In this document: one piece after another, positions 50,653 to 63,038 of the stretch | Position numbering within the stretch: position 1 is the stretch's first letter | Layout: every line of letters begins with the position of its first letter | Source: Calcarisporiella thermophila CBS 279.70 | Lineage: Eukaryota; Fungi; Calcarisporiellomycota | DNA length: 64,000 nucleotides | NCBI RefSeq assembly: GCF_041956535.1 | Contig: NW_027192193.1 | Location: forward strand, 512,235 to 576,234 | Direction of reading: 5' to 3' | Made by a program: the position numbers and the translations under genes | Notes under the pieces: generated by a model | Seen by the model: the letters and a program-made list of their open reading frames with translations, nothing else | The model's database searches: none | What the model was told of the DNA's origin: nothing

Positions 50653-52929
50653 TTATGATTTTGAAATGTCGCTCCAAACTTTCCTTAGCTCCTCCAGGGC
50701 TTCCGTCACCCCCAACTCGTCTTTCTTGCTGCCCTGCTGATCCCACCGAAGGAAAGCCTTCTCCGTGAAGGATTCCATAAAGTCTCTTTGGGCTAACTGC
50801 GGACGACGACGGATTAAACTTAGCATCAACAAGTGCGTGTACACCACAAGAAAAGCCCAATCGTCCTCCGCCGAACTCTCCAGTAGCTCCATTCCAAGGG
50901 TCTCTAGGATATGGGTGCCAATCTCTCCCAATTTTTCCCAAGGCCCGCCGCCGATGTCCACTGCGGTGTCTCGAGATATCAACACGGCCAACACTTGCAC
51001 TGGACCTGTAAGTGCTTTCAACTCCTGCCTGTTCCACACACTCGCAACGTATTCAGCCAGGATTAGGGGAGCTCCAAAGTCGATTAGGGCGGCTCTGGCC
51101 TTGTCGCTCGTGCTAGCAAAGTGAGCAAAAGCCGGAGCAAGGAGTTGAGTGAAATCGATGGGGGGCTCTGCATGCTGAGGCGATGGTATACTAGTGGAAG
51201 GGGTCAGTTTGGTAATTACCGTTGGGTGGATTCAAAATGAATTACCTATACTGGCAAAACTGAAGTAAGAAAGGGAGAATGGTAACGGTTTCCTCTTCAA
51301 GGGAAGCATCCTCGGACAACCAGGCAGAGAGGATGCGAATGCTGGCAGAAATCAAAGGATCGTTTGCAAGCTGCGGTACCCCTTGGTCTCCATACAGGTC
51401 CTACGGAGATAATCATGGCATAGAAATAAATGGAGCGTTCTCCAAACGGCCGTCCAGAAGTGACCATTTTCTAGAACAGACATTTACCCTCATATCGGCC
51501 AAAAACTCCATGATAGCCCGAAAAGTTTCCACCAAATTCCCTTGAATCTTTAAAAGCATTTCATAGCCTAAAGTCTCTTCGCGATCCGCCACTACGCCCA
51601 AATAGGTCAGAGCATTCTCTAAGATTTCGTAGCATGAAACAAGAACTCTGGCTTTCTCCCTCGGCCCCTCAGTGCTTTTGCTCTTACTTCTCAGCTCGCC
51701 TTCCTCGTCCAGAAACAGTCGTATTTCCACGCAAGCAAGATGAATGACAAGCGCTGCAAACTTCTCTGCGTTTTCGCGCTCCACCGCTTTGTCAAGCCGC
51801 ATTTTCTCACTCTGGCGAGGAGTGGGTTGCGCAAGATCAACAAATAGCCACCGGGGAGAAAGGTGTCGAAGTAGAGAGGCAGTGAGACAGAGAGCGGTAT
51901 CCCGCGTGGGGGACGGGAGTTTGGTCGTGAGAAGTTGGCGGAGACCTTCTTTGAGATTGGAGGGCCAGTCGCTACCTGCGGGAACCGCTGTAAACGCCTT
52001 TCATCGATTCATTTAGTAAGTATGAAGGGGGTGAATTTGTTCAACTAAAAAAAAACCTACTTGTGGCGGTATATGTTCAAATACACGCCCAAACCATTCT
52101 AGTAGATCGATTTTGAGCTTGTCGTGTTGAGACTTGAAGGTGGCAGATAAAGCAGGAAGCACTGCCTCAAAGAAGAAACTGAGCTTAGGGTGTTCCCTGG
52201 AAACAAGACCAATGGAGATGTGCTCAAGTAAACGGAGGGCAAGTTCTTTTTCAACCTCTGTTGAGTGGAAACGGATAATAGAGTTAATAGAGAAGAAGAG
52301 AGAGTAGGAATAGGTCTGCCTACCGCTCTTGCTCATATCCAAAATGCTAATTATTCGTAAAAGTATATCCTTTTCCAGTATCTTCTCAAGGCCCTTTTCC
52401 CCGGCCGAGAGTCGAATATAGATTCGCAAAATGTCTTCGGTGACTTCTGTCGCGTCACTAACGCGAAAATAAAGGGAAAATAAGCGTACCCGAATACGAA
52501 GGAGAGAGAAAAAATAAATCTTACTTCGGCTCAATAAGCTTTGAGAGGGTAGGAATCCGTTCTGTAAGCTCCTCTGTCTGAGCCAATTCGTCCACCATTG
52601 AAAAACAGTACAAAATGCTAACCGCAATTGACCTAAAGGTCGATTCTGGGATTTCTTGCTCAGGCTTGGCCTCTAACGCCATCAAAAAATGAAGTCAGAG
52701 TTGAAAAGTAATCGATCAAACTAAGGGTTCATTTACTCGTTTTCATTAGTCGTTCCAAAAATTTGAAGTTCATTCCATTAAACACACGCCGAACCGACTC
52801 TGGATTTTCCTGATTTAGCAGGCGAGGGAGAAGTAACAGGGCTACAAATTTGGACTCATCCGATGTGCCCGGCCGTAACAGGGCGAGACATCGCTCGATT
52901 TCGGAGTGGGCTGTCGATGCTTGCTCCAT
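50653..52929 (-). CDS. Neurochondrin-like ARM protein, multi-exon
   Basis: IERCLALLR..TSDESKFVALLLL, FLERLM, LACVEIRLFLDE, ASIRILSAWLSED. Confidence 0.85.
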
Positions 52930-53085
52930 GGTTCTCGATCTGACAAGTTCATTTAATTATTTTCTCGAAATAACAATCATGAAAAATGTGACTGCCTGGG
53001 CTGCTTATAGGAATGGATAATTATGTTGACAATAGTAAATGGAAGGGGGAGGGGGGGTATCAAGGCGCAAGTAGGTGATATAATA

Positions 53086-53801
53086 CTACAATGGGATAAA
53101 CTTTTCGATAGGAATCAACAATCCTATCAGGATAAACGTAAGCGACACTGTTAAAAGCTGCATGCTAGTGTATCGAGCATTCACTAGCCAACTCAATGAA
53201 AACCAGCTCTATCCACATAAAGACGAAAACCAACTCCAATATCAGTGTATGTAGGGGAAAAAAATCACCAAGCATACCTTTTTGACTTCAACTGAACTTG
53301 CCTCTACTGGCGTTTCCCGCAGGTTAATATCGGCTAACCAACAATCCACGACATTCTCTACGACCTGCCTACGCTCAACAACCTGTCGCCAATCCGCATC
53401 TCCAAAGTTTTCGGTTTCTTCGCGAGTCAAACACACTGCCTGTATCAAAAACTTATCGCCTTTGCATACATTCGAATCACATCGGACTAGTAGAAAATAA
53501 AACATGGTTTTGTTTAGATGGCTCGCCATCTTGTTAGGATTGAGGCATTTAATCTACCATAAATTTGCACGCTTTTCATGGGCATTATCCCCACCACCAC
53601 GGGCTTGACACTATATCGACGTACTGCATTTGTTTTGAACTTCAATCCTACGAACGTGTCGCCCACATTTTTTACCAACATTTTGCTAACATATCCGGAC
53701 GCGTTTTTCGTTGGATAGAACACGAATTCAGAGGGCGAGAGGCGGATGTGAGGGCCATCGTTATAATATAGCTCTCTAGAGGACTTGAGTGAGCTGCTCA
53801 T
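53086..53801 (-). CDS. VAP/Scs2-like MSP-domain tail-anchored protein, 3 exons
   Basis: VGLKFKTNAVRRYSVKP and DKFLIQ MSP motifs; last exon encodes a TM helix (LLTVSLTFILIGLLIP). Confidence 0.8.
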
Positions 53802-54077
53802 TATATCATGGATGCTGGAATGGAATAGAGAGGCGAGCGGTGAGGAGCGATTACCAATGATCGAGGGAAGAAGTCAGTGACTGTTGGTAAGGTCGCCACC
53901 AATTTCAACTCCCAGTTAAATGCGTATAAAATTAAAATAGCAATAAGTAACTGGCCGATATTTTGGTTTGCCAGTGCATTGTATTGATTGGGCCGCTTCT
54001 TTGAAAGGGTTGACTATTTATTGTAAGGAAGAGTCTGTTATTTTCCTCTATAGAGGGCTGTATTGTGACGAGTGGAT

Positions 54078-55262
54078 ATGTATAGCATAGAGATACAGTT
54101 TTTGATCGTATTTATTATTTTTGTGGTTTTTGCGAAAATATTGGGGGCAGCATGTCGGTTTCTAAAGCAACCCAGAGTTATCGGAGAATTATTGTCAGGA
54201 TTGGTGCTGGGACCAACCGCAATCAATATTATGCCCGCGATACAGGTTGAGAGCAGCGTGGAAATTTGCATCAGAGTGTTTTCACAGATTGGGGTTATTC
54301 TGATCATCTTCTATGCTGCGCTCGGGATGAACTTTGCAAATGTAAAAGGTATGATCAAAGTAGTCATCGCTGCAGGAATACTGGGCGTGATAATACCATT
54401 TGGTGTCATCACCGGGATATGCGTGGCGCTGGGGCTTTCAGTAAAGGAGTCGATATTTATCGGCCTCTCACTTAGTGCCACAAGTGTGGCAGTTTCCGTG
54501 CAGACACTTAAAGAGCTGAACAAGACAGAGTCTCACCAAGATTCTAATCTTGATGAGGCCACAACCTTGGTACTCGTTGCGACCGTAGACGATATAACGA
54601 TCATACTGTGTCTGTCTATCTTTTCTGCAATGACCACTTCGGATGTCTCACAGATTGGCATGGTTATTGGAAGAATGGCCGCATTTTTTGTTTTGTGTGG
54701 AGGAGGGGTCTGGTATTGTAGGAAGCATATTGCCAGATTGTTGAACTGGGCATTCGATGAAGGAGATTTGCAGGTGGTGACAATGGCCATTGTTTTCGCA
54801 TATGCGGTTGGGGCCGAGATAGGCGGTAAGATCTCTGCGATAACAGGTGCGTTTATCGTTGGCGTCATCATGGGGAAGGAAGAACTGAATTTAAACGAGT
54901 ATTTCAAGACTTTGTCGGAAGGATTTTTCGCCACTCTGTTTTTTGTAAGCATTGGCTTATTTGTGGACCTAAGGGGCGTGACGTCCGGAGTAGCCATATT
55001 TATTCCGACCATCCTGGTTGCAGCGGTTGCAACCAAAATCATGGGCGGGTTTATTGGCGGGATGCTAGGGGGCATGAAGTGGAAACCAAGTTTAAGATTG
55101 TCTCTAGGGATGGTTGGACGGGGAGAGGTCGGTCTCATCCTCGCTGTCCAAGGGCTACGGGAAGGGATATTGAGCGATGAATACTACACGGCGATCATAT
55201 TGACTGTTATTGCAACCACCCTAATTACACCGCTTTTGATGCGTGCTGCCTTCAAAATCTAG
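54078..55262 (+). CDS. CPA2-family cation/H+ antiporter, prokaryotic NapA/KefB-like, intronless
   Basis: QPRVIGELLSGLVLGP, LSATSVAV, TVDD, GAFIVG, FFVSIGL, GMVGRGEVGLI; about 394 aa, membrane domain only. Confidence 0.92.
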   Translation: MYSIEIQFLIVFIIFVVFAKILGAACRFLKQPRVIGELLSGLVLGPTAINIMPAIQVESSVEICIRVFSQIGVILIIFYAALGMNFANVKGMIKVVIAAGILGVIIPFGVITGICVALGLSVKESIFIGLSLSATSVAVSVQTLKELNKTESHQDSNLDEATTLVLVATVDDITIILCLSIFSAMTTSDVSQIGMVIGRMAAFFVLCGGGVWYCRKHIARLLNWAFDEGDLQVVTMAIVFAYAVGAEIGGKISAITGAFIVGVIMGKEELNLNEYFKTLSEGFFATLFFVSIGLFVDLRGVTSGVAIFIPTILVAAVATKIMGGFIGGMLGGMKWKPSLRLSLGMVGRGEVGLILAVQGLREGILSDEYYTAIILTVIATTLITPLLMRAAFKI

Positions 55263-55846
55263 TGTTAAGCTACTTAGCTTTATATACGCTAGTCACTGAT
55301 CTTCTTAATCACTATGGCTACGTTGCTAAGTCATTATCATAATGATATACAGTGTTTGCGTATTTTGGAGTTGTAATGAATCATTTTGAATTATCCTTTT
55401 ATACTAGATATTGTACATCCTTTCCAAACGTCTTTTTCGCTGCTTTTACTATTTAATGTACATTTTCATATCAAACTATCCAGCATTCAAAAACTTTGAA
55501 TTACAACCTTGCTAATTCGATTCAAGTTCGAGTAATAAAGCCATTGGACCCATAGCGGGATCAAACAGTAATGCAGATGAATACTAGAAAGCGCGTAAAG
55601 CTGGATAGGGTGTTCGCCGGGCAAGATGAGGCCACTTGTGAGTTAGCTGCAATTTCTTGCTCACGCGTGCACTCGTTCATGCATGGATTGGGTTCAGTTG
55701 GGGCGAGCGGTGGCAAAATAAAAATATATGTGCAAGTTTTATCTTTCATATTCGCTTCGCTCGTCTTTTTATTTTTTTCTTTGTTAAGCTCGACGGCCGT
55801 TTTTATTTTTTATTTTTTGTGTCCGACTTCGAGAATTGCCGAAACA

Positions 55847-56851
55847 ATGTTGCGAGAATTGGTCGCCCTTGGAATGGTGAGCCACAATCCCATGCTGTTG
55901 CGTTTTCCATTCCCGAGCTCGACCCTCTATCTTGTTTCTAATCCTCCCGCAACATAGATATTTGGCCCTGCAGTGGGCTACCTTGACCAGTATAGAATAA
56001 TGCTGAAATTGTCGCGTGCCAATGCCGATGAGAATTCAACAGCAAGAATAGACACAACAGAGAAGAAGGAGAGCAAAGAAGACGATAAGTTAAGGGAGAC
56101 CAAGCGGGAGAAGGAACGGGGCAAGAAAGAGGGCGGATTTAGCAAGGATGTTTGTGGGATATTGCTGGTGGCAAGGTGAAGGATGATGGACTAAATCCTC
56201 AGAGACTCTTGCTTATTTTTTCTGTTTTTTACAGCATCTTCCGGGTCTTCTTCTGGTAAGCTTTTCTGGGCTGATGCCATAAACGGCCTTGCATTTTGAA
56301 GATGGCCTCCACTTCTTAGGTTCGGGAAAAGATTCGACTCGACACTCCTGTATCAGGCCTTGGTCATTATGACCGTTCAGCTCTTGCTCTTGGAGCGTTG
56401 CATCGAGGGCCCGAAGAAAACGCAGAATCCGGGCTCTTTACAGAAGCGCGGCCTCTGGCGCTGGCCCAATTTCACAGATTATCTCGCGTTCCTATCGGCC
56501 CTCGCTCTCGGCCTGGTCACTTACTACACTCTCTTCGGCCGAGATGGCTGGACGGTTGAACTACTCGGGGCTATTGGGTTAAGCTTCGAGGCGGCAGTTC
56601 CCATCCCACAAGCACTTTCCAACTACAGCCGCCGCTCGGTCGAGGGCTTCTCCGCGATGATTGCCGCCTCCTGGATATTTGGCGACTGCTTCAAGACGAT
56701 CTACTATATTACGAGCGGTGCCCCGAGGCAATTTATTGCTGCCGGACTTGTGCAGGTGAGTTTAGATTTTGTAATCCTGGGGCAATTCTTGCTCTACTCA
56801 CGCCAGCTGCGAGCCCTATTTGGGATCGAGCGGAAGAAGCGTGTGGACTGA
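55847..56851 (+). CDS. PQ-loop protein (PQLC1/Any1-like), 4 exons
   Basis: GM|IFGPAVGYLDQY, GFSKDVCGILLVA|SIFRVFF|WFGKRF, EAAVPIPQALSN, WIFGDCFK. Confidence 0.88.
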
Positions 56852-57384
56852 GGGCCGGCCACAAGAGAGCATAAAATGGCCCTGGGGCTCTCGCTCTGTT
56901 CCTCGTAAAAATCATGGTCATGGTTATTTTCATGGATGCCTCCAATATTTATCATCATTATGAGATTTAACGGACTTGAATTTGAACATACTTTTAATCT
57001 ATTTAGAGGATACCTTGTTATTCATCATTTTTGTAATACTTATTCCGATGCTATATATAATGTTAAGAATATGGTGGTTCAAGTTTAACAGAGAACTACA
57101 TTAATACCAGGATATGATCAGCAGTGAAGATTAAGCCACCACAACCAGGGTCTTCTGGAAGATTGCAAAGTAAACCAAGTTTCACGACTTGGTCACTGCA
57201 TCGGAATGAAGATACTCTGAGCGAATCCGGGCCGAGATATACAAAGGATTTGGCCCATGTTACTTTAAATCGTTGAATGATTTAAAGTACCCCACGAGTC
57301 TATCTATGGAAATCCTACAATATCCCTGATATTTTATTCAATGTTCCACAAGAAACCTAACCTACAGAAATGCTGCATTGGAAA

Positions 57385-57528
57385 ACGCGTTCGAAAAAAA
57401 AGATCTCTTCATAAGGACAAATTTTCTAAACATCTCAAGAATCCATTTACTAAATCTTTAGCCGGATCCCATTTAACCTGTCCCAATTTTTGTCTACATC
57501 TTTAACCCAGGAATTCAGTGATACGCGT
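57385..57528. promoter_or_regulatory. Paired MCB-like boxes (ACGCGT) upstream of MPS1
   Basis: ACGCGT at 57385-57390 and 57523-57528, within 300 bp of the inferred start codon. Confidence 0.45.
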
Positions 57529-57669
57529 GTGGATTTGAGTAAGTGCTCTAGTTTGTCGAATTTCGGTGTAAATGCGCGTTTGATCCATGGTGGCTCTCCA
57601 CATCCCTCTTAGATGCATCCATCCAAATACGCACATAATAACTAGAAATATATCCACTGTTAGATCGGA

Positions 57670-60600
57670 ATGACAGAATATGGTGGACTTGGAGACGTAT
57701 GTATACTCTATTTTTACGCGAAGATTACCCAAGTCATTAAGCAGGATAGGCGTCTGTTTCTCTTATTTTTTATAGCTCATGTCCACAAGGGAGGCCCTCT
57801 TCGGCAACAATAATAATCCATCAATCCCTTCTCCTACCTCACCCGATGAGAACCGTATGCGAGAAACCGATTTTATGAATACGTTCTTTGGCGGAGTAGA
57901 GCAAAAGGTCGGCGTCGAAAAAGAAATGCGAGAATCAACCTCTTCACTTCGTCGAATGTCGCCAGACACGGGAAGATCGAGAGATGCAGCAGCCACCACA
58001 CTGTCAGGCGGTGCATCACAACCCAAACCGCGCCCAGCAAGTGCAACTATGGAATTTAAACGAGTGGAGAGACCCATATCGACAAGATCCCAGCTGGAAC
58101 GAACAGAGAAGAGATACCGCGCACGAAGACGTGCATTGGGTATGGCGGCCCCATATTTATAAGCGGTAGAGGGCGTGAGTTTTAAAAAAATTTTTTTGAA
58201 AAAGGTCCGCCCATGCGTTCGACATTTTCAGAAGGATCACCGGAAGACGGCGCGGATGATGAAAACTCACCACTTAGACAAGTGACAGATGGTAGGGAAT
58301 CATTTTCGAATTTTTCGTTTGGGTAAACAGCTAAAGTAGTTTCATCAAAGATATGTTGCAAACACCCTATCCGCTTCGAACATTAGATGGCTCTACACCC
58401 CCCAGCTCAGGCGACGGACCAAGTAACCTATCTATATAGGCTTGTTGTCATGGACATAGTATTCAATATAGATTCTCTCATTTAACAATAGATATCGAGA
58501 ATGACGATACCCAACGTGAGCGAGATGATGACGCCGACACCGACAAAGTTTTTCGTTCGTCCATGACAAGTAGGCGATATTTTTCTAACTGTCCAACTAA
58601 TTTGACCGCCCATGTGTTCATCCTGTAACCTAGCTAAAAACATTGAAATGGATCGAACCACCGATTCGACCGCTAGAAGGACCCTGGCCTCCGCGCTCTA
58701 CGCGTCCGAAGGGATGAAAACGACCGAGTTCAACTCCTCTGTGGCTTCTCAGCGTACGCAGAACTCAAAGCTTTCTCCTGCCGAAACACGAACCCCCACC
58801 CTTGAGATCCAACAGGAGCTTCGTGCACCGGTATGTTCGATTTCTACTGATGACTTGTGTAGCATTTAAAAACTAATATTGATGGAAATCTCTTCCAGGC
58901 CACCCCAGGAGTTCGCGCGCTGACTCCTCAGACAGAGAATCGACTAGTCGGCGAGCAGCCGATCGTCTCTAAATTGTTTCCGGTAACTTCAGCCACGAAG
59001 GAGCCCGACAAGCCCCCAAATGACCTGGCATCCATCCCGAACGAGAATGGTCACCACACTTTGCCTGCATCGACACAGAATGTGTTGGTTACTCCCATGG
59101 CGCCCAGTGTTGCCCCATCATCTATGGTGTCGGCTCCAATGATGTCGGCTCCACAGTTCAAATTGGGAAAGGGATTAATACCGGTATGTTAGTATTTTTT
59201 TTTTCATCATTTGGCTTGTTGCCACTAGGCACTCTTCGATCATTAATGCGAGTCCCTTTCACTGATGTTCCTTAGATCAATGGACGACCTTTTACTCGCC
59301 TCGAAATAATCGGACGTGGGGGAAGTAGTAAAGTCTTTAAAGTGATGGACCCTAAGGGGCGAATTTTTGCGTTGAAACGAGTCTCGTTTGATCGTGCCGA
59401 CGCTGCCACCATCGAAAGTTACATTAATGAAATCAATCTTTTGAAGCGCCTCACAAACAATGAAAGAATCATCAAATTATATGATGCCGAGGTGAATAGA
59501 GAAAAGGGGTATTTGCTAATGGTAAAGTAAAACTTATGGCCCGGTTTGACTGGAAGAGCAAGAGGTTGATACTTTTTTTTTTGCATTCATCCGTTGCGTC
59601 TGGTAGCTAATGGAGTATGGCGAGATCGATCTGGCGCATGTGTTGGCAAAGCAGCAGGGCAAACCAATCAATCTCAACTTTATTCGAATGTACTGGGAAC
59701 AGGTGAGGAGCGATTTATCCCGGATGTAGCTCGCCTCTATACCCACACGTAACCGCCCCATCTCCTCTTTTTTCCTTCAGATGCTCCAAGCTGTCCATGC
59801 AATCCACAACGAAAAGATCGTGCATTCCGACTTAAAGCCGGGCAATTTTCTGCTAGTGGAGGGCTCGCTAAAGCTTATCGATTTTGGCATTGCAAAAGCA
59901 ATCGCCAATGATACAACCAATATCCACCGGGACCACCAAGTATGCCCTTCCCATTTACCCCTGCTTCTTTTATACTAACTGTGCGATTCATTCTCTAGAT
60001 CGGCACGGTCAACTATATGTCACCTGAGGCTATTCGCGACACCAATGCGGCCATTGCTGATCAGCCGGGCGTCGGCCGGCTGATGAAGCTTGGCAGACCA
60101 AGCGATGTGTGGTCCCTGGGATGCATCCTCTATCAGATGGTGTATGGCCGCACCCCCTTCTCCCACCTGAACATGTTCCAGAAGCTACAGGCAATTCCCG
60201 ACCAACGCGTACCCATCGAATTCAAAAGAACCGTTGCCATCCCCACCGCCACTCCCACTCCCCCCAACCCCTCCAGCACCGAAAGCACTGTAGCGGAATT
60301 TACGGTAGAGGACGATTTGTTGAAGGTGATGCAGAGTTGTTTGCAGCGAGACCCCAAGATGCGAATGACGATTCCTGAGCTGCTCGAGGACGCATTTCTG
60401 CGACCCGGTGAAAGAAGAAACGGGGGAGAGGGTGTGAGCGTAGACGTATCGCTCGCACAGATGACGGAGCTGGTCCATCAAGTCTTAGGACTGAGGGCGC
60501 AGAGGGCGACCGGCAACTGGACGCGATATGAGGCTGCCAATATTGCAAAAGTAAGAAAGGGGACTGCGTGTTTTCCTATAGCTAGAATATACTCAAGTTT

Positions 60601-60686
60601 TTTTATTCTTGCGCCTCCGTTAGACATTATTTGGCCAGCTGAGACAAGGGAAACCGATGCGACTCGACGAGAACGGTTTGCTATAG
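57670..60686 (+). CDS. MPS1: Mps1/TTK dual-specificity spindle checkpoint kinase, multi-exon
   Basis: [63 protein letters not shown]|[31 protein letters not shown]; first exon MTEYGGLGD inferred from a GTATGT...TAG intron. Confidence 0.95.
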
Positions 60687-61518
60687 CTTCTTATTGTACT
60701 GTCCTGTTCATCCGCGATAAATACAAACATATAAATATCCCATCCCTGTATCCATCCACCTTTTCTAGTATTTTTTTTTCTTCCCCTTCATAATCTTTCC
60801 CAATGGCTTTTCTTGGATTTTTTTTTCCTCTTCATGTTTGACTGTTGTTCTTTATATCCTTTTATTTCTTCATATCTTAGTGTAAATAAATATCTAAAAA
60901 GGGGATATAGGAGAATGGGCCACGGAGACGAATCCATTTACTCAATAAATTTCCGAGCATCCAAACAACGTAAGCGTAACTCTACGTCGATTGGGTTTAA
61001 CCTTCTTCGCAAAGGGTCCCCCCGAATCCTCACGCCCCGTTCGTCAGGCTCGACCGCGCGAAGAAGAAAGAATCCGCGTCCTGGGAACGCAGCTCCACGG
61101 ATGAGACCACCTTGAGCGACCAGGCTAGGTCAGGCTCGATTGGGCAGTTTGAAAATGCAGCAAGATGACGGCCCCACCCCTTGTGGCTTAATCGCCCCAT
61201 TCGATTTGCATTCAAACTTCCTGGCCGGGCCATTGCTTCTGAAATCTTCTAATAAATAGGAAAGCCAATCATGGCCTAGGGAGGGAAATTCCATCCTGAG
61301 TGATTTTTGTTGTTCTTCTTCAGGACGCAGGAAGCCTGGTTCAAATAGCCCCATTAGAACAATAGGTTTCCAATGCTTGATTTTGGCTAAGAACAGCCAA
61401 ATGCGATCACCCCCCTCATTGTTTTTCTCCTGCTCCTCTTCTTCTCCCCGCGTGTGAGTATAAACTTAGCCAATCCGCTAGAATCCAGCGTTCTCTCTAG
61501 AATCCAAGCATCCATCTT

Positions 61519-62211
61519 ATGCCAGGAGCGATGAGCAGCCTACCGCTATCCGGGCGCCGACAGCCACGCACGCCTCTTAATTCCATGACGCTGATTGAGA
61601 AGGATGGCATTCGATTTCTGATAACCGATGCCCCCTCCAACTCCAATCTCCATCTCTACATCAAGGTAATGGCATTGTAGATGTGTTGAGTGGCTGGATT
61701 CGCATCTTCATCTCATCATGTGGCCATTGTTGCGCCATCTAGGAATTTGAAAGGCACAATGTGACTGATGTGGTGCGCTGCTGCGAGCCGACCTACTCGA
61801 AGGAGCGCTTGGGGAAAATCCAAGTGCATGACTGGGTAAGCCCGCTTCTCCCATGGCAGAGCCGTTTTGACATGCGATGATAGAGTAGGGCGTGGCTAAA
61901 CCTCTAATCCCACCCGTAACCAGATCTTCGGCGATGGCGAGGCCCCGCCCGTCGAAATAGTCAACCAGTGGCTCAACCTAGTCGAGGAGCGCTTCTCATC
62001 GGACAGCTCTGCCTGTATAGCGACCCACTGTATTGCCGGGCTTGGGCGCGCCCCCGTGCTAGTTGCTCTGGCCCTCATCGAGAGAGGCATGGCCCCTCTG
62101 GATGCGGTCGCGTATCTCCGACGTGTACGCCCTGGATGCATTAACAAGTGGCAGCTGGAGTACATTGAAAACTACAAGAGGAGGAGCAAGTCCAAGTGTG
62201 TTATATGTTGA
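61519..62211 (+). CDS. PRL/PTP4A-type prenylated protein tyrosine phosphatase, 3 exons (absent from the ORF track)
   Basis: RFLITDAPS, VVRCCEPTY, DW|IFGDGEAPP, CIATHCIAGLGRAPVLVALALIE, polybasic KRRSKSK plus CaaX-type CVIC*. Confidence 0.93.
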
Positions 62212-63038
62212 CTTTAATTTTTTTTAGAGTAGCCCCTATTTTAATGGTAATTCCGAAAAAAAAAAGTTTCACCCTATCTTACACGTTATCAGGCTTTATT
62301 TCTGGTATTTAATCTTTGGAATCATGGGGAATCATTTGTTTTCTCAGCATTTTTTCTTTTTTCAATCCTCTCTCCTTCCACTTTTCGGCTTTCTCGCTTT
62401 ATTTCCTATCTATACACACACACGCAAGTATATATATATATATATTTTTCCTTCTTCTTCTGCTTTTCTCTTTTAAATGCTTTTCGTTGTTCTATTTTAC
62501 AAAATGATAATACTATAGACTTGTTTCTTTTGTTGCAATAACGTGTTCCATTAGCAACCCCATGACTTTCTGCTACTGAAGCTTCTCTCCGCGTTGCACC
62601 CGGAAGTTTGGCCCCCAGGCTGGTCGGCTGGCCGGTTCCCGCGCCATGCAGAGAGGGGTGGACGGCTGCAGCGGCGATCGGGGTTGGTATGGGCAGCGCC
62701 CACGGAGGGCCCAAGATTAGGTTGGAAACTCTATCCCCGCCCCTATTGTGCCATGTGGCATCGGTCGCCAGATATGCACTGCAAAAACACACCCCACCAA
62801 CCAGGGCCGGCCTCCTTAATTAAAATTGGTATATGCCACAAATTCGAAACATCGATTTTTCTCCCAACCATCCCATCTAAAAACTCATTAGCACCATTCA
62901 TCCCGCCGCCCCTCCCGTTTTCCTCCCCTCAATGCTCTTCCCTCCGCTCGTTTTCTCACTCTAATCCATTCGCATTCTTTCTTTTCCCCCCCAATCATCC
63001 CGGGTCGGATTCTGTCTTTTTCTGGATTGCATGGGACA

